Origin: Hydrolagus colliei
Lineage: Eukaryota
Assembly (NCBI GenBank): GCA_035084275.1
Contig: CM068746.1
Location: forward strand, 3,782,001-3,846,000
DNA: 64,000 nucleotides
Direction of reading: 5' to 3'
In this document: positions 38,511-52,905 of the stretch, one piece after another
Position numbering within the stretch: position 1 is the stretch's first letter
Layout of the letters: the number at the start of each line of letters is the position of its first letter
The notes under the pieces: model-generated
What the model was told of the DNA's origin: nothing
The model's database searches: none
Seen by the model: the letters and a program-made list of their open reading frames with translations, nothing else
Position numbers and translations under genes: made by a program

Positions 38511-41500
38511 ACCGACTGTGTGTCTGTCTGTCAATTCAGGTGTGAGTGTGTATCTATCTCAACTCCTTTGATTATCTGGATCTCATATCTCCGTCTCACT
38601 CTGAAAATATTCACATGCTTGCTAACAAATTAAGCTAATATTTTTTGTTGGCACTGCTGCCTGCCTCGACTTCCACATTGGAGTCTGACACATGAATAGG
38701 CTCAGTCTACTACATTGAACTTTCAAATCACTTTCTTTGTCTTTTCTCTTGTTTTTCAATTACATGGCAGTTCTCAGGTCCATGCAAACTCCAGTATTTA
38801 AAAACAACCTGTGTATTTGATGGAAAATTACATACCGAATGCTGCATTTTACTTTCAAAATGATTAGAAAAATTCTCAAAGCATCTGGGTATGGTTGTCT
38901 TTGGGGCTAGCAGCAAGCGCTGACAAGGTAGATAGTTCTATACTGCATTCCTAACATCAGCAACCAGGAAAATATTCCAAAAGAGAATGGCGAAGGGAAC
39001 AAACAAACCCAGACAGAGAGAGAGCCAGAGAGAGAGAATACAATAAGAGATGATAACTGAGAAGACAAAAGGGACTAGCAACAACAGAACAAAACAAAAG
39101 CAAAATGAAAGACAAACAAGGGAGTGATTATCAAAGTTAATCATGAGAACCAATGGTAGGAACAACAGACAAGATAGAGCAATATGTGTATGTTAGCTCA
39201 GACGATCCTAAATTTAATTGTTTCCATTATTTTTATATTGTACTTGATTGCCCGAAGGATTTGCAAGCAAAGTACCAGGAGAGGTTTGCAATCTTAAAAC
39301 ACCAAAATAGTTGCTTTCTCATTTCCTTACTTCTTTGTAAATTCATAGAAACACACTGGTCCAGTCACATAGAAAATTTCAAACAGATATTACTATCTCC
39401 ACTTCTAATATTTTACACTGTCTTTTTCTGCCGCAAAATTAAACAAAAGCTACTGAAACAAATGTGCCAAAAGAAATATATTGTTAAAAACATTGTTTCT
39501 TGATCCATTTCATTTGAATCATTTTCAAAAATAGCTTTTTGCAGAATGATTTTAAAAAACAAAGTCAAATTAACAACAGAAACTTGTCGCTAATATCTTT
39601 AAAACTGTTCTTCGTGACTGCTCATCAAACCCATGAACTTTTGTTCAGCTGAATATAAAGCAACACTTGATTACACTTGTAATTATTTTCCTAGTTGTGC
39701 ACAGTCATTCATGTAAAGTCACTTTTTTTAATCAACCAAGATATATATACAGTGCTAATAAAGTAAAGTCACTCATCCAAAACGATAATGTTTTATGGTA
39801 TGGTTAAAACGGAATTCAGGTCATCAGTTCACAATGTATTGCAAACACAAACATAAGCGTTGAAAAAAATCACAACAACAATGGTAGAATGAGATTCTCC
39901 CTCTTCCATTGTAAATTAATGGCCTTTAACTGAGTCCATTCTCTCAGCTGATCAAACCTTGGATTAATGTTTAACGTGCAGGAATGCAGCCTGTAAAATT
40001 GTATTGGAACGTCAGCCTAGAGTTCAAAGTCCCAACAGGGGGTTCGAATCCACATCTTTCTGACTCTCAAAAAGAACCGGCTTCTGAATTGAAACTAAAT
40101 TTAAATTTTTAAGACAAAATAGTCTAGGTAGGATTTTAGACTTGGGACATGCTGAAATCAGTGAACTTGTTATTCCACTCTTGTAATGTGAGTCAAATCC
40201 CCAGTGTCTCTTTCATTCTGAGAATCTATTTAGTTATTTTAAGGAGCGTTACATCGAAACATACTGACCTAATAACTATCTGACAACTAAAGAAAAGTTT
40301 GCATGAGGCATTTGCAGAACCAAGGGAAGAGGGAAAAGAGAGAGGAAGACTTTATCGAAGGTAAACAATTTAAAATCCTTTATTTGTTAGTTCATTCATA
40401 AAATAGTGTATACCAAACAAAGTGGTACATTTGTCAGAGCCGGCAGTTCTCCTCAATCAAATGTTAAAGAGTCTGTTTAGAGCACAAAGAACTGTACTAT
40501 CCTGAGCAATCATACCCAAGATACAAATAGTGTATAAATATAATGAATGATTCAATGTAGCTGCCTGCAGCAAGATAGGTGAGATGACATTAAACTCACA
40601 CAATGTCCATGAGTATTTTTAAGTCTGAAATTGGCTTCAGAAATTGGCTTTAAATCTGGACATTTATTTATGGCTTTAGGATGTATCCAGAATCTGTTTA
40701 CTAAATCCAAAGGAGTTATTTCAGATCTGCATATCATCATTCAATTGCCCGACATGAAAAACAAATGGATTCATTGCAAAGTGCTGAGGATGGGAAGAAA
40801 ACCGGTTGTTCTGGGATTTATGATTTTATGTTTAATCAGAATTAACTGCTTCAACTGAACTCGTTTTCACTGAAGAAAAGACTGAGTGAGACACATGAAC
40901 CAATTTAATCGTCTATTAAACCATGTGAGGCATGAACAGACCATTGTGTGTATGTTGCACTGAAGATTATAACATCAAATTAAGGAACCTCAATCAAGAT
41001 TAACTATCAATGAAAGGAAACTAATATAATATAGATTAACTGGTTGCAAAAAAAGTATGTTAAATATCCGATTGGGTTTGGAGATGAATATGGACAGAGA
41101 TAATCAAGTTTCGTATGACAGAATGCTTCATGTCGTGCTTTCCACAGAAAGCAACCAAGTCAAGAATAAAAAATGAAACAAGAGAGATCCTACAAATCTG
41201 CCTTGTTATTCTTATAGATCTGAATAGAAGTCCATGACTTTCAGAGCCTTTATATTACACCAAACAAGTATATTTTGCTCCATTTGGATCACAGGCTGTT
41301 TGGACAATTAAGGAAACAATCTGTTCCTATTACATCTAAATTGATATGAAATGAGTATAATGGATTGAAAGTTTGAAAATATAACATATACGCGTTGCGG
41401 CTTTCTGATGAACCTTTCTAATGTTTTAGAACATTTGAGAAACTTCGAATGAATTACTGATAGCAACTCAGGTAGATTCGAAATTCGAGTGTCTGGTCAT

Positions 41501-41666
41501 AAAGCAAATGTGCTTAAACAAGCTGTCAACATCGAAAAATTGTTGCACTTAGCATTTATGCATATTCATAATTATGGCTGTCATTTGTGAAGAGGTTTCA
41601 AATTATTCCAAAGTATCCTTGGTAACCAGTTAAAAATGCAAGCAGATTTGCATTCGTTTCCCCTAC

Positions 41667-41771
41667 CTGTCAAAGTCCCCATTGCAGAGAGCTCGAACAG
41701 GGAGCGAGAAGGCTTGCCACACTGGATTCAATGTGTTCTTTACAACTTCTGTTTTGTGGCAGATGGTAAAT
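41667..41771 (-). CDS. CPNE8: Copine exon 3 of 9, 105 nt
   Basis: tttttctag|A TTT ACC...GAC AG|gtaggg, giving [34 protein letters not shown](R). Confidence 0.95.
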
Positions 41772-43194
41772 CTAGAAAAAATATATGTTGAAATATTCTT
41801 TAATCTTCCCATCACTTTTTTTAAAAAAAATACTTGTCATACAGCTTGCACAAATTAATTCAGAAGTATCATATCACACATATCCCGAGAAATAAAAATC
41901 ACAAGGTACCACAATAAAATTAATAAAGGATTGGCATTTTCTAAGTTATATTACCTTACGATTGTTGGAAATACAAATTATACAAGAATTAGTTTTTCAG
42001 CAAATTTAAGGGGTTGAGTTGAATGTACGATTACTTTTGTTTAAAAAATAACACACAACAAAAATTGAACTTGAAACATGTTTGTAAAGCAAATACCTAT
42101 TTAATTATGTTTGTCTTCAACTGAGGGTAGAGTTGAAGCTACTGACACATCGGGGCAATATGGGGTTAAAGTATAGTTATTCAGAATGTATTAATTCTGA
42201 GTGCGGACACCCAGACATGGCAGAGTCAAGCCCCTTGTTCCTGCATCAACTCAGCACGATTGTCCATGAGGTTGCCAATGTCCGTGCAGCCAGATCATGT
42301 ATGAGATTTCCGTGGCTGGTCACACCATTCCCCTTGCTGGTCACCAGCACAGAGAACAACCGAACAAAATACCACGAGCTATGATTCCACGCGGCTGATT
42401 CCAGTCGAATGTTGTGATCCACTTGACAGAAGTCAAATGCACGACTCTGCTTCAGGGAAACCAACTGTGAGAGTTGAGGGGGTTGGCAAAGGTGACTGCT
42501 GCAGTACAATGGCGAACAAATCTTTACATTTCATTTGCATATTAGACCCCATTGTAGAATAATATCCACATTTTGGAATATTAACTATTCTTTCTCCTCG
42601 TTTGTTTTCTCCATATTATATTTCAAAACAAAGTCATTATTTTTTTCCCCCAAAAAAATATTTTTTATCCGATGTAATAGGATTGACTGATGCTGGGATA
42701 ATGACCCAAGACCTTTGGTATCACACCGATATCCCTAAGTTGCCTTTTATCAGTGAAACTGGTTCAATGATTGGCATTCAATTAATACATCCACTGGAAG
42801 GCATGAAGTTCCAGACTGTTCTCATTCATGCTGTCTCGTAGAAAGTTCACTGAATATGAACCAGGAATACAAACCGTCTTGAATTTCTGCTTCAAACCAG
42901 AATCACGAATGCCAAGCCTGAAAGCCGGCTAACCTTCCAGTAGAAAGCCCATGTTTTCATCCGGTGGATTAACTGGAGAGCCATATGTAATATAGAGGAC
43001 TTCAATGGTTCATATCTGTGCTGCGCTAAGATGGGTTGCTCGCCATGACTGATGACTTCAATCTCAAGGTTCAGATGAAAGCTGAGCTTTTACTTCTTTC
43101 CTTTCAAGTTTTATAAGTTGTGTTCAGAATATTTCACAAGTTCACAAGATTGGTTCAGAATGAAGAAAGCCCTTCAGCTATCTGATTTCATCCA

Positions 43195-43260
43195 TTTAGC
43201 TCTCTGATCTTATCCCTTTAGCTCTCTGATCTTATCCCTTTAGCTATCTGGTCTCAACCC
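43195..43260. repeat. 22-bp tandem repeat, 3 copies
   Basis: tttagctctctgatcttatccc twice exactly, plus one diverged copy. Confidence 0.9.
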
Positions 43261-43369
43261 TCCAGAATACCCACCCTACTATTCTTCCACCACACCCATC
43301 AAATTGCATCTTAAATAAATCCAGTGTCCTGGCCTCAACTACCTTTAGTTTGCATATTTTTCTCCACAT

Positions 43370-43930
43370 ATTCAGTTCTGGGCACCACACTTTGGGAAGG
43401 ATGTCAAGTCATTGGAGAGAATGCAAAGGAGATTTACCAGGATGGTAACAGGAATGAGGGACTTCAGTTATCACAAGAGGCTAAAGAAGCTAGGGTTATT
43501 CTCCTTAAAGCAGAGAAGGTTAAGAGGAGACTTAATAATAATATATTCCTTATATTTATATAGCGCTTTTCATGTCTTTTAAATATCTCAAAACGCTTAT
43601 AGAAATTTTCAAAATTACGAGGGAATTCAACTGAGTGAACAAGGAGATTTAAAATAGTTTAAAATTGTTGGTAAAAGAAATACAGGATGTGAAGAAATGT
43701 GTTCACTCAGCTTGGATTTGGAATGCATTGCCTGAAAGTGTGGTGGAAGCCGATTCTATAACAACTTTAAAGAGAGAAGTAGATAATTATTTGGTGAGGA
43801 CATGTTTGCAGGGCTATGGGGAGAGAGCAGGGGAGTGGGACACGATGTGGAGACATCTCTTTTCAAAAGGCCAGAACAGACACGAAGGGCCGAATGCTCT
43901 CCTCCTGGTTGTATAATTCCATGAATTCTA
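43370..43930 (+). mobile_element. Decayed CR1 3' fragment with a short antisense SINE-tail insert (about 43532-43600)
   Basis: cagttctgggcaccacac...gagatttaccaggatgg; WIWNALPESVVEADSITTLKREVDNYL. Confidence 0.8.
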
Positions 43931-44149
43931 AACTCAATAGAACATACTTTAATTGTCAAAAGTTTCAACTTAACTCAGTTAGTTTGGATGCAAATGAGCA
44001 GCAGAATTTGCAACTAGCAAACAAATTTGTAATTAGTGAATCCTGCAGATACCTGAATGAGTTGTAGACTGAAAGTCTCCTTTGGCCACAATTCAGCTTT
44101 CCTGAGAACAAGGACCCAAATGGAGTCCCCTGGTTGTCAGTCCAAGGCA

Positions 44150-44400
44150 TATCTGGGCATCAGATTTCTCCCCCACATCCATGCTTTGGCCATCCCTGCC
44201 TTCCCCCATCTCTGCAACATTGCCTGACACTGCCACTGACTCATCCCTCAGGCCACCAAATTCTGAGGTGCCTAGCACCTAGCTTGACTATGCCAATGCC
44301 CTGTTTGTTGGCCTTCCCAACTCTTCCCTCCCAGGCTGCAGATCATCCAGAACTCTGCAGCTCATGTCCTCTCCCACACCAAGCTCCAGGACCCCATCCC
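44150..44400 (+). mobile_element. Decayed L2 fragment
   Basis: gcttgactatgccaatgccctg...ggctgcagatcatccagaactctgcagc, homologous to 33365-33450. Confidence 0.75.
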
Positions 44401-44868
44401 ACCCTAACCCTAACCCCACCCCTTCCGTCCCTGGTGAATGTCCTCCCAGGGCAGGGAGAGAGAGAGAGAGAGTAGGCCACCAAAGGAGTAGACTGCCTGC
44501 TTCCACCTCCGCCATTCCACCAACTTGCGGCTGGACTTAATTGGCACCAGCATCCTGCTCGTCCATCACACCATCCGCCCCACCATCGGAGTTGCGCTTT
44601 CAACCACTGCGCCCAATATACTGGAAAACTCAATCCCACTGCCCCGCCCTGGGAATCAAACCAAGGTCTTTTGATGTGCAAGGTGAATGCTCTAACCTCA
44701 AAGCTAGAGGACACCACAGTGTTTGATACCTGATGAATATTTACAATAGGCACATTGCAAGTTTTGCGCAATGCTCTGATATATTATAGTATTTTCTTAT
44801 TGGAAGAAATGTCTAATGTATTCCGGGCTTCTTCGAATGGTTCAAAAATCATTCATCTTTGAATAATT

Positions 44869-45347
44869 CATAGATTCATAGAATTTTACGGCACAAAAGG
44901 AGGCCATTCGGCCCATCTAGTCTGTGCCGGCTATTTGAAAAGAGCGATTTAATCCCACTGCCCTGCCCGCTCCCCATAGCCTAATAGACCTGTTCTCCCT
45001 AAATAAAGATCTAATTCCCTTTTAAAAGTTGTTATCGAATCAGCCTCCACCACCTTTTCAGGCAATGCATTCCAGATTCGAACAACTCGCTGAGTGAAAA
45101 AATTTCTCCTCAGCTCCCTTCTACTTCGCCTTGAAACTATTTTAAATCTGTGACCACGAGTCACAGATTCGCCCACGAGTGGAAATAGTTTTTCTCTATT
45201 TGCCCTGTCGAAACCCCTCATGATATTATAAACCTCTATTAGGTCTCCCCTCAATCTTCTCTGCTCCAGAGAGAATAACCCTAGCCTATCTAGCCTCTCC
45301 TCATAGCTGAAGTCCCTCAATCCTGGCACCATCCTAGTAAATCTTCT
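44869..45347 (-). mobile_element. Young CR1 LINE 3' end with open ORF2 C-terminus
   Basis: ORF 44949..45332 [40 protein letters not shown]...RRNFFTQRVVRIWNALP; (ATTCTATG)n-type tail. Confidence 0.95.
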
Positions 45348-46542
45348 TTAATTAAACTGCATGAAACGGTAAGTAAGGGATGGAAATGGGAAATTAGCCA
45401 TTTATTTTGTCGGTCAGGTATGAGAAGAGGGTAGTGTAATATAATTTAAAAAAAACATCCCTGTGTGACTAGAGGATAGCATGTACCTCATTCATGATTA
45501 GCAGATTCCTTATTGGTAATAGTATGGCATTTCATACACAGTTACTACCAATGTTCATTGACTAGAAATGAATCCTCTTATGCATGCAGATTATCTCAAT
45601 ATTTTGGATTTATGTGATAAAACACTACAGCTTTGGAAGTCCAAACAAAATGTTGCAGTCAGTCATAATCACAGTAATTATGGACGTCTAATTTCCGAGA
45701 TTGTGCCAAAGAATAGTGAAATCTGCAGAAGCCTAGATATACGTATTTAAGACCAACGATTGGGAACTCTGCTGTAACCCGATCTCAGTTATCACAAAAT
45801 CAGATTGCGGCAAAAGAAGATTGCGGAGGAAGTGAGGAAGGAAAGTCTCTTTGACCAGTCAGTAGCTTAGCAGAATTTTGGAGTGTCAGTTGAAAGATTG
45901 ACCTGAGTACGTAGTGGATTTTGCTGTGTGGCAATCTTGTCAGTTAGCCCCCAATCTTATTGATGACTTGTGTATATCAGGAAAACAAAAACTATTTTCT
46001 GAATATTAGCCATGGTCCCCAGGTTAGAGATAGGCTCGTTTTACTACGTATGCATAAAATAATTCGCCCCAAATAAAAACAGTTTTTAATAAATCTCAGT
46101 TACGTGAACATCTGTTATGACAAAATGATTATAAACTATGTAGCAATCTGTAAGGCGTTGAAAGCTTATGTGATAACATTCTTAAATTATTAATGAAATG
46201 TAATGGAAAATAGCAGGAAGGGGAATAGGATAAACTTTTGATTAATAACCTGTCAATCGTACACACATTACACACATTCTGTATCAGAGGTTTGCAGATT
46301 AGGTCAAACTCCTCTCTGACATTCACACCAACCCAAGCAATTGCTGAAAATACAGTTTCAGAGAAGTTCTACATGCATCACTGAGATCCACAAACAAGCT
46401 GTAGGGAAGAAATTACTCTGAGTCTGAAGTAATTTCCTTCAATTTTCAAGGTAAAATAACCTTACTGTAAAAAGCCGCCACCGTTTGTAACATTAATATC
46501 TGTGAATCGATCTACTGGAAAACTAATTAATGAAACACTTAC

Positions 46543-46646
46543 GTTCCATCCTCGTTGCTCCTATAGAACACTAGAAAAGGGTCTGACTTTCCAAAAAAGT
46601 CTTTTTTATCTAATTTGTTGGCACAAAACTGCATCACCACAACATC
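46543..46646 (-). CDS. CPNE8: Copine exon 2 of 9, 104 nt (start of C2B)
   Basis: tttttgcag|GAT...GGA AC|gtaagt, giving [34 protein letters not shown](T), with the copine [13 protein letters not shown] motif. Confidence 0.95.
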
Positions 46647-47324
46647 CTGCAAAAATAAAAACAGGATCAAGTATGAAAGAAAGCAATCGAAAAGTTATTT
46701 TATGGTAACCGCACAGCTTATCAGTAAGAAACACTTATCCAGCTAGGATTGCCTTATTGTTGAGGGCTTTAGCTCACCAGGTTCGGGTCACATCCGTAGC
46801 TCCAATTCTCATGGATAAAATAGACAGAGCTCGACAAACTTGTGGAGTGCATCAAACCTCAGGGAGACAGACTCTGCATTACCTTCTTCCCATTAGGATG
46901 AAGGGAGTAGGACGAGGTCAATGTTGCCCTTGTTTCAGCGCCTTGGGACGTCCTCCTGACGTGAAAGGCGCTCTACAAATGTAATTTTGCTGTTGTTCTT
47001 GAAGGAGGCCGGATTTGAATGATGGAGGAGAATGAATATTCTAGAGTTTATTCTTGATTGCCTTTGTACTGTCTATGTACAGCAGATCTTTCCTCAGGAG
47101 ATACGATTGGCGAGTGAGTGGGAAATAATAGGGTCGGTTTTGCGTTGAAGAAGATGTAGACTTTATAGACTGGCTGGCTCTTTCTCGTTCCATGATTTCT
47201 TATATTTTTATGTTCTGATCAACATCTAGGCAGATACGGTGAGAAATTTGGATGGGAGTATTTATACTGATGTTTAACAAGAAATGTTTGAACATCAGAG
47301 GGCTGACATTTTGGCTGGTGTTCT

Positions 47325-47683
47325 AGGAGTCATGTAGCTCAGTGGTCAGAACCCTCACCTCACAAGCCACAGTCCTGTAGCTCAGTGGTTAGAGCCCTAG
47401 CCTCTCAAGTGAGAAACCTGGGTTTGATCTCCAGGCAGGGTAAAACCTTGCACAAATTTCCTCACTCCACGAGTCTGATAATAATCCCTTAAGAAAAAAA
47501 ACAATGATAAATTGTTCACTTCAATCCATGACTGTTTGTGGGACAATGCCGTGTGCAATTGGCTGCCTCGTTTCGCCCACACATATACACAGTCAATTCA
47601 CTTTACAGTATATTCTGTGAAGCGCTTTGAGACATCTAGAAGACGTGATAAGGCGGTATATCAAATACAAGGATTATTATTCA
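47325..47683 (+). mobile_element. SINE with tandemly duplicated 5' head
   Basis: gtcatgtagctcagtggtcagaaccctcacctcacaag followed by gtcctgtagctcagtggttagagccctagcctctcaag. Confidence 0.88.
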
Positions 47684-50600
47684 TTGACGATATTGGTCTG
47701 TGATGGGGTTTCCTCAATATAATTAAACATTGCCAAAAGGAACTATCTAATGCCTTTGTGACGTGCTTGCTCCCGACCTGAAAGGCGCTCTATCAATGTA
47801 ATTTTGTTGTCTGAAATTGCAGCTTTCTGCGGTTCTAACATTACTAACTGTAGAAACACAGTACAGTATTGGCTTATTGACCATCAGTCACTAAATAAGG
47901 ATTGATCTGTCAATCGGAAAGTGAATGGCAATGAAACACAACCATTGATGCACCTTGAAAAGGCGGCTTGCCTGGGACATCGATGGGCTTTGATCCAGGA
48001 GAAATGCACGTGGTTCATATCGATTCAGACTAACAGGCATTAATTAATTATATTCAACAGTAAAATTATTATTATCCCACATCAATATTAAATACCTAAC
48101 CATATATTAAAGGAGGTCTACGCATGACTATTTTACGCATGCATAACATTGCCTGCATTCAGCCCACAAACTGTCTTGGGACGTCCTCCTAATGTGAAAG
48201 ACGCTCTATAAATGTAATTTTGTTGTTGTTGTCTATCGCTGGTCTATGCACTGGTTTAATTGCACAAGCACAGTGCTCTCTCTCTCTCCTCGGCTCAGGC
48301 TTGCAGTGAGCGGTAACATTCTGCTTGGTGCTCTGATCCAGGGCGCAGTATGAATCATTCATACTTCCAACAATTAGAACTAATTGTCAGATATATTGGT
48401 TTGGTTATTAATTTGCAGAATTGGTGTCAAAATGCCATCTCGTCAGAGTGTGAAGGATTTGGAACAGATGATTTTTGTTGGGCAATGACTGTTGTTATTT
48501 CCTATTCACAGACAACCTGGATCTAGAATAACCGTGCACGCCTTCCCTGGCTGCTCTATTACACCCAGTGGACTGTGCAGCACCCACCTCAAATTGCTGA
48601 TCACATGTCAAAATTCATCAGGTGCTCTAACTGAACCGAGTATGATTAGACATATTGAGAAATTGTGGTGAGATGAACGATGCAACATTCAATGTAACTG
48701 TTTCAATCGCAGTATATTTGCTCCATGGTAATTATCACATGAAATGGTGCATTTATACCCTGATGTGTAATAATACATCTCATTATTAGAGTACTGTTTG
48801 TGTTGTGCGGTTGGCTTCTCTATGTTTGCAGTTTGATATTTAAGAATTCTTATTACTGTAAATGTATGTTCCTCATACAATTAATAAAAATAATTTGTGT
48901 TCCCGTAGCCTTATTTTAATTCTTTAAATTTACATATTTAATAGACTGGAAGCCCAAGGTTATATGAATTCCCATATCTATTAAGAGCGACAAGATTTCA
49001 GGGAGACTGACTGTAGATTATTTCTAGATATTAACATAGCACTGGAGTAATTCATTTACAAGTGACAATTCAGTTCAACACACACTGTAATTTTTTGGAT
49101 AATGTACAGGATTATTGATGAAATATTAAATATCACTGCTATCCACAGATACATTGCAAACTAAGCCTATAACAGAACTAATTGGACAATATTTTAATTG
49201 TCAATAAAGGGCCCTGATAGAAGGCTTTGTATTTCCTTAGCAACTGTATTCATTCTCTACGGCTATGTGTGTGCGTGTCATCATGCTTATTTTTGTTTCA
49301 ATTGTAATATTAATTTGTGGTGGAAATGAAAATAAAGAATAACTTTATCAATGACCATAAACAATTATGCACCTCAAAGATGCTACAGTTACTCAACACA
49401 TCTATTCGCGTTAAATCGGCTTTAAAATGTGGACGGGGAATAAAGTACAGTTTGTAATCCACCACAACATTTGAAGTTCTCTGTTTAACAATTTACATAG
49501 AAGATCAGCAGGCATATGTGGATTATTAGGAAAGAACAAATATAAATGTTGATTGCTGTGATGACTGAGTTTCGCAGAGTTAGATCTGATAGTCAGAAAT
49601 GAGAGACGGCAGAGCAAGAAAGAGGGCTATGGCCTTTGGCATTTGAAATCCTAATTTCAGATTCTAAATCCAAAGATTGCACTTTACAATTGAGTGGGGG
49701 GGTCACACAGCCAGGATTATAAAAGTGTTTTTAAAAAAAGGTCTCATTTTAATTGCTGAAACAACTAAAGAAACAAAGCCGAAATTGCTACATGGCTGGT
49801 CACGATGCGGAGAAAGAAGTGACATTTTGTGTGATAATTATTACTGGTGATGTTACCACATTGTGAGAAATTCTCCCCTGCCAAGGACTCAGGGAGTCTG
49901 AAAACCGTTCCGACTTCCATCCAAGTGGGTTTGGCTGGATATCACACGTGGAGCCATTAAGGCTGCCTTCTGTAGATCACAGCCTCCCAGTACGGGCACC
50001 TAACCGGCCAACGCGGATGCCAAGCGTTCTGACAAAGTCTGAGGGTTATTCACCTGGAAATGAACACGCCTGTGGCCAGACACTGACTGAGAGACATCTA
50101 CATGAACAACATTTTTTCACTCCAGCATTTACACATGAGAAGGTGATGCGCAAACCATTCACAGCATAAACTGAAGGCTGTTTTGTAAAATACATCAGCG
50201 GTTAGAAGCGTACAATTCCCGGAGAGGATTTCAAGATCCTCTTGTTTTCAAGTCTCTCCACTCCTTTGCACCTGCCCACTCCAAGTTGTTGTTGTTGTTG
50301 TTATTCAACACTACCTCTAAACGCACCCAAGATTGGAAGCAAAAATCCCATCTGCCTCGAAGTGAAGCGACTTTGGGAACTATTAAAGTGAGCATTTAAT
50401 GGGAAAATCTATTCTAAGCATTTACGGCCGATATTGCTACGTTTAGTAGCCGGCAGAAATACTATCCCTATTGTGAGACAAATCGATGTGCCTACGCACA
50501 CACTCATTAAAATTCTCGCTTTTCTTCTTTCTGCCACATTGTTCCACTGTTATTTTCTTTCTTCTCTAAACCTCGGCTACATCGTTCATCACTCCCGCCC

Positions 50601-51019
50601 ACGCTCTGTCTTGATTTCAACCATCCACTCTCCTGACGGGCTGCACCACGAACGTGGGAAGGCGCACGGCGCAAAGAATGGTTAAATCTCCCGGGATCCA
50701 GGCCTAAGCAAAGCCTCTCAGACTTTCCTAAGAAACTAGTGCTCATTGCACACAGTCGTAAGCTATTGGCAAATCGGCAGACTCTCTTAACAAGCTTAAA
50801 ACATCCACAGTGATCTATAAGCACTCAGAAGACAGTGAAAGTGGACACCCACTTATTAAGTGACAATTTTGCATTTAGAGATAATTTAAACGATTTGCAG
50901 CATACGAGATACATAAACGTGTAAATTCTAATAGATGATAATTAAGCATCAGATGGTGCCTCGACAATAATGGTTACACAGTATTTCTTTGGCAAAAATA
51001 ATAAATAGTTTGCTCTTAC

Positions 51020-51083
51020 ACGGCAATTGCTCAGCTCCTCCGCAGTTAGAATAATTGCTCCGCATTTCTTTCCAGGAATTCCC
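51020..51083 (-). CDS. CPNE8: Copine (CPNE8-like) internal exon 1 of 9 in window, 64 nt
   Basis: Minus strand reads ...gaatag|G GGA ATT CCT...TGC CGT|gtaag, giving [21 protein letters not shown], which matches the copine-5/8 C2A-C2B junction. Paralog assignment is less certain than the exon itself. Confidence 0.92.
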
Positions 51084-52847
51084 CTATTCAGTGGGGGAAA
51101 AAAAAAAAAAATTACACACGTTTAAATACATATTGAAGGATTTCAACCTATTTATTTAAATATAATTTCCACAACACAAGAATTCCTCAGAAAAAAATTG
51201 GTCTTTCACTTTGTGGTTACTTGTGAGAGAAAAAAAACACACAATCATGAGAAAATTGGTTGCCACATTCATAGCAGCGAAGAGTGTCAGCAAAGAAAGG
51301 TGCTGGACAAAGTGTAATTTTGTTGTTGTTGGATGTTGTTGGATGAGTTTCAAGTTCTAACATGGGCAAAAATCTACAATCTGAGCCAGATTGACACACC
51401 AACAGATCGAATATTTACCAAGTATTGAGAGTTCAAGAACGTAATCAACATGGGCGTAACAGGGTGTAAAAAAACCCACTATCATTTGGTCATCCATGCA
51501 AGGATCATTAACATTTTTCAATCCACGATTGTTTGTGGATCACTGCCGTGCACAATTGGCTGCTAGCGTTTGCCCACAAAATACACAGTCGACTCACTTT
51601 ACGTTATATTCTGTGAAACGCCCTGAGATGACCCCAAAGACGTGATAAGGCACTATAATCAAACGGAATGACTATTATTATTTTTATCGATAGTATTATT
51701 ATTATTATTCATGGCAATTATGTACAGGGTGACAAAAAAGTCTTAAGTTTTAGCTGCGCTATTCACCAAATAAATCATAATTTCGTTAAGATTTATAATA
51801 GTACTGCAACTTTTTGGTCAGCCTGTATACACCAGAGTTCTAGACAGAGGGATGAAAACCATTTGGTTTTACTGATGAACCAGGAGAGTGATGTGTCTGA
51901 TGAGTATTTGGAGTCGCTCTGACTAGCAGACAGACAGGTGCGGTCACAATAAATTGCATGAGAGAACACAAGACATTTCAGCTCAAATCCTCGCCATTGG
52001 AAAGCAGCTATTATTAGCACTGTGCAAACGTGTGCTTAAAACACCGCAGAAAATTTCCAAATGGACGACAGCGCGAGGAATGAAATGAAACAATCTCATC
52101 AAAAACTAAAAAAAAAAAGCTGTCAAAGGGCTGGCAATACGAAATATTATAGGGATGTTACAAGATGATTTAGAGACCTTCATCTGCTCTACTCTCATCT
52201 AAAGGTTTGAAATGACAGGCTTGCTGCCGTTCTGACACATGGCAAAACTCCTTAATGTAATTATCATTAAATCAGGAGATCAATCCAACCTCATACTATA
52301 CAGTACTCTATAATTACCATAATAAGGGTTATAATGTTAGGTACAGAACACATTAATGACTGTTCTTAGCACTACATGAAAAAATAAGATGGGCTTAGCC
52401 TATTATTAAGAAACGTAGCCCATGTCAGATCCTACGGCCCAAATACAATAGATGTCTATCAAAGTAAAGCAAACACTTTAACATTCCCATCCAGTCTTTG
52501 TTACGAAAATCCTATTTTAATCTCAGAAACCCCAGAATTGCTACAGGTGAATTATACTGTTCAACATCAAGGATATCCTCAACACTATAGAACCAACCAC
52601 TTTTGATCGAACACCTGCTTCTGGGCTGAGCAAAATTCTACTCAGAAACAACAAAAGACTGTTTGGGAATATTAACAACTGGTGTAGTTAATGATGCACA
52701 CAGGGTGAGTTTACAACTGTTGAAATGGCTGACAACAACTTTAAAAATTCAAATTTAGAAATTCAACTTTAGAAATTCAAAACAAAATTACATTTGTATC
52801 GCCCCTTTCCTGTTGGGAACGTGTCTCAAAGCCCAAGCAGAGGAGGA

Positions 52848-52905
52848 GGGGAGGGAGGGAGGGAGGGAGGGAGGGAGGGAGGGAGGGAGGGAGGGAGGGA
52901 GGGAG
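52848..52905. repeat. (GGGA)n microsatellite
   Basis: About 14 perfect GGGA units. Confidence 0.95.
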
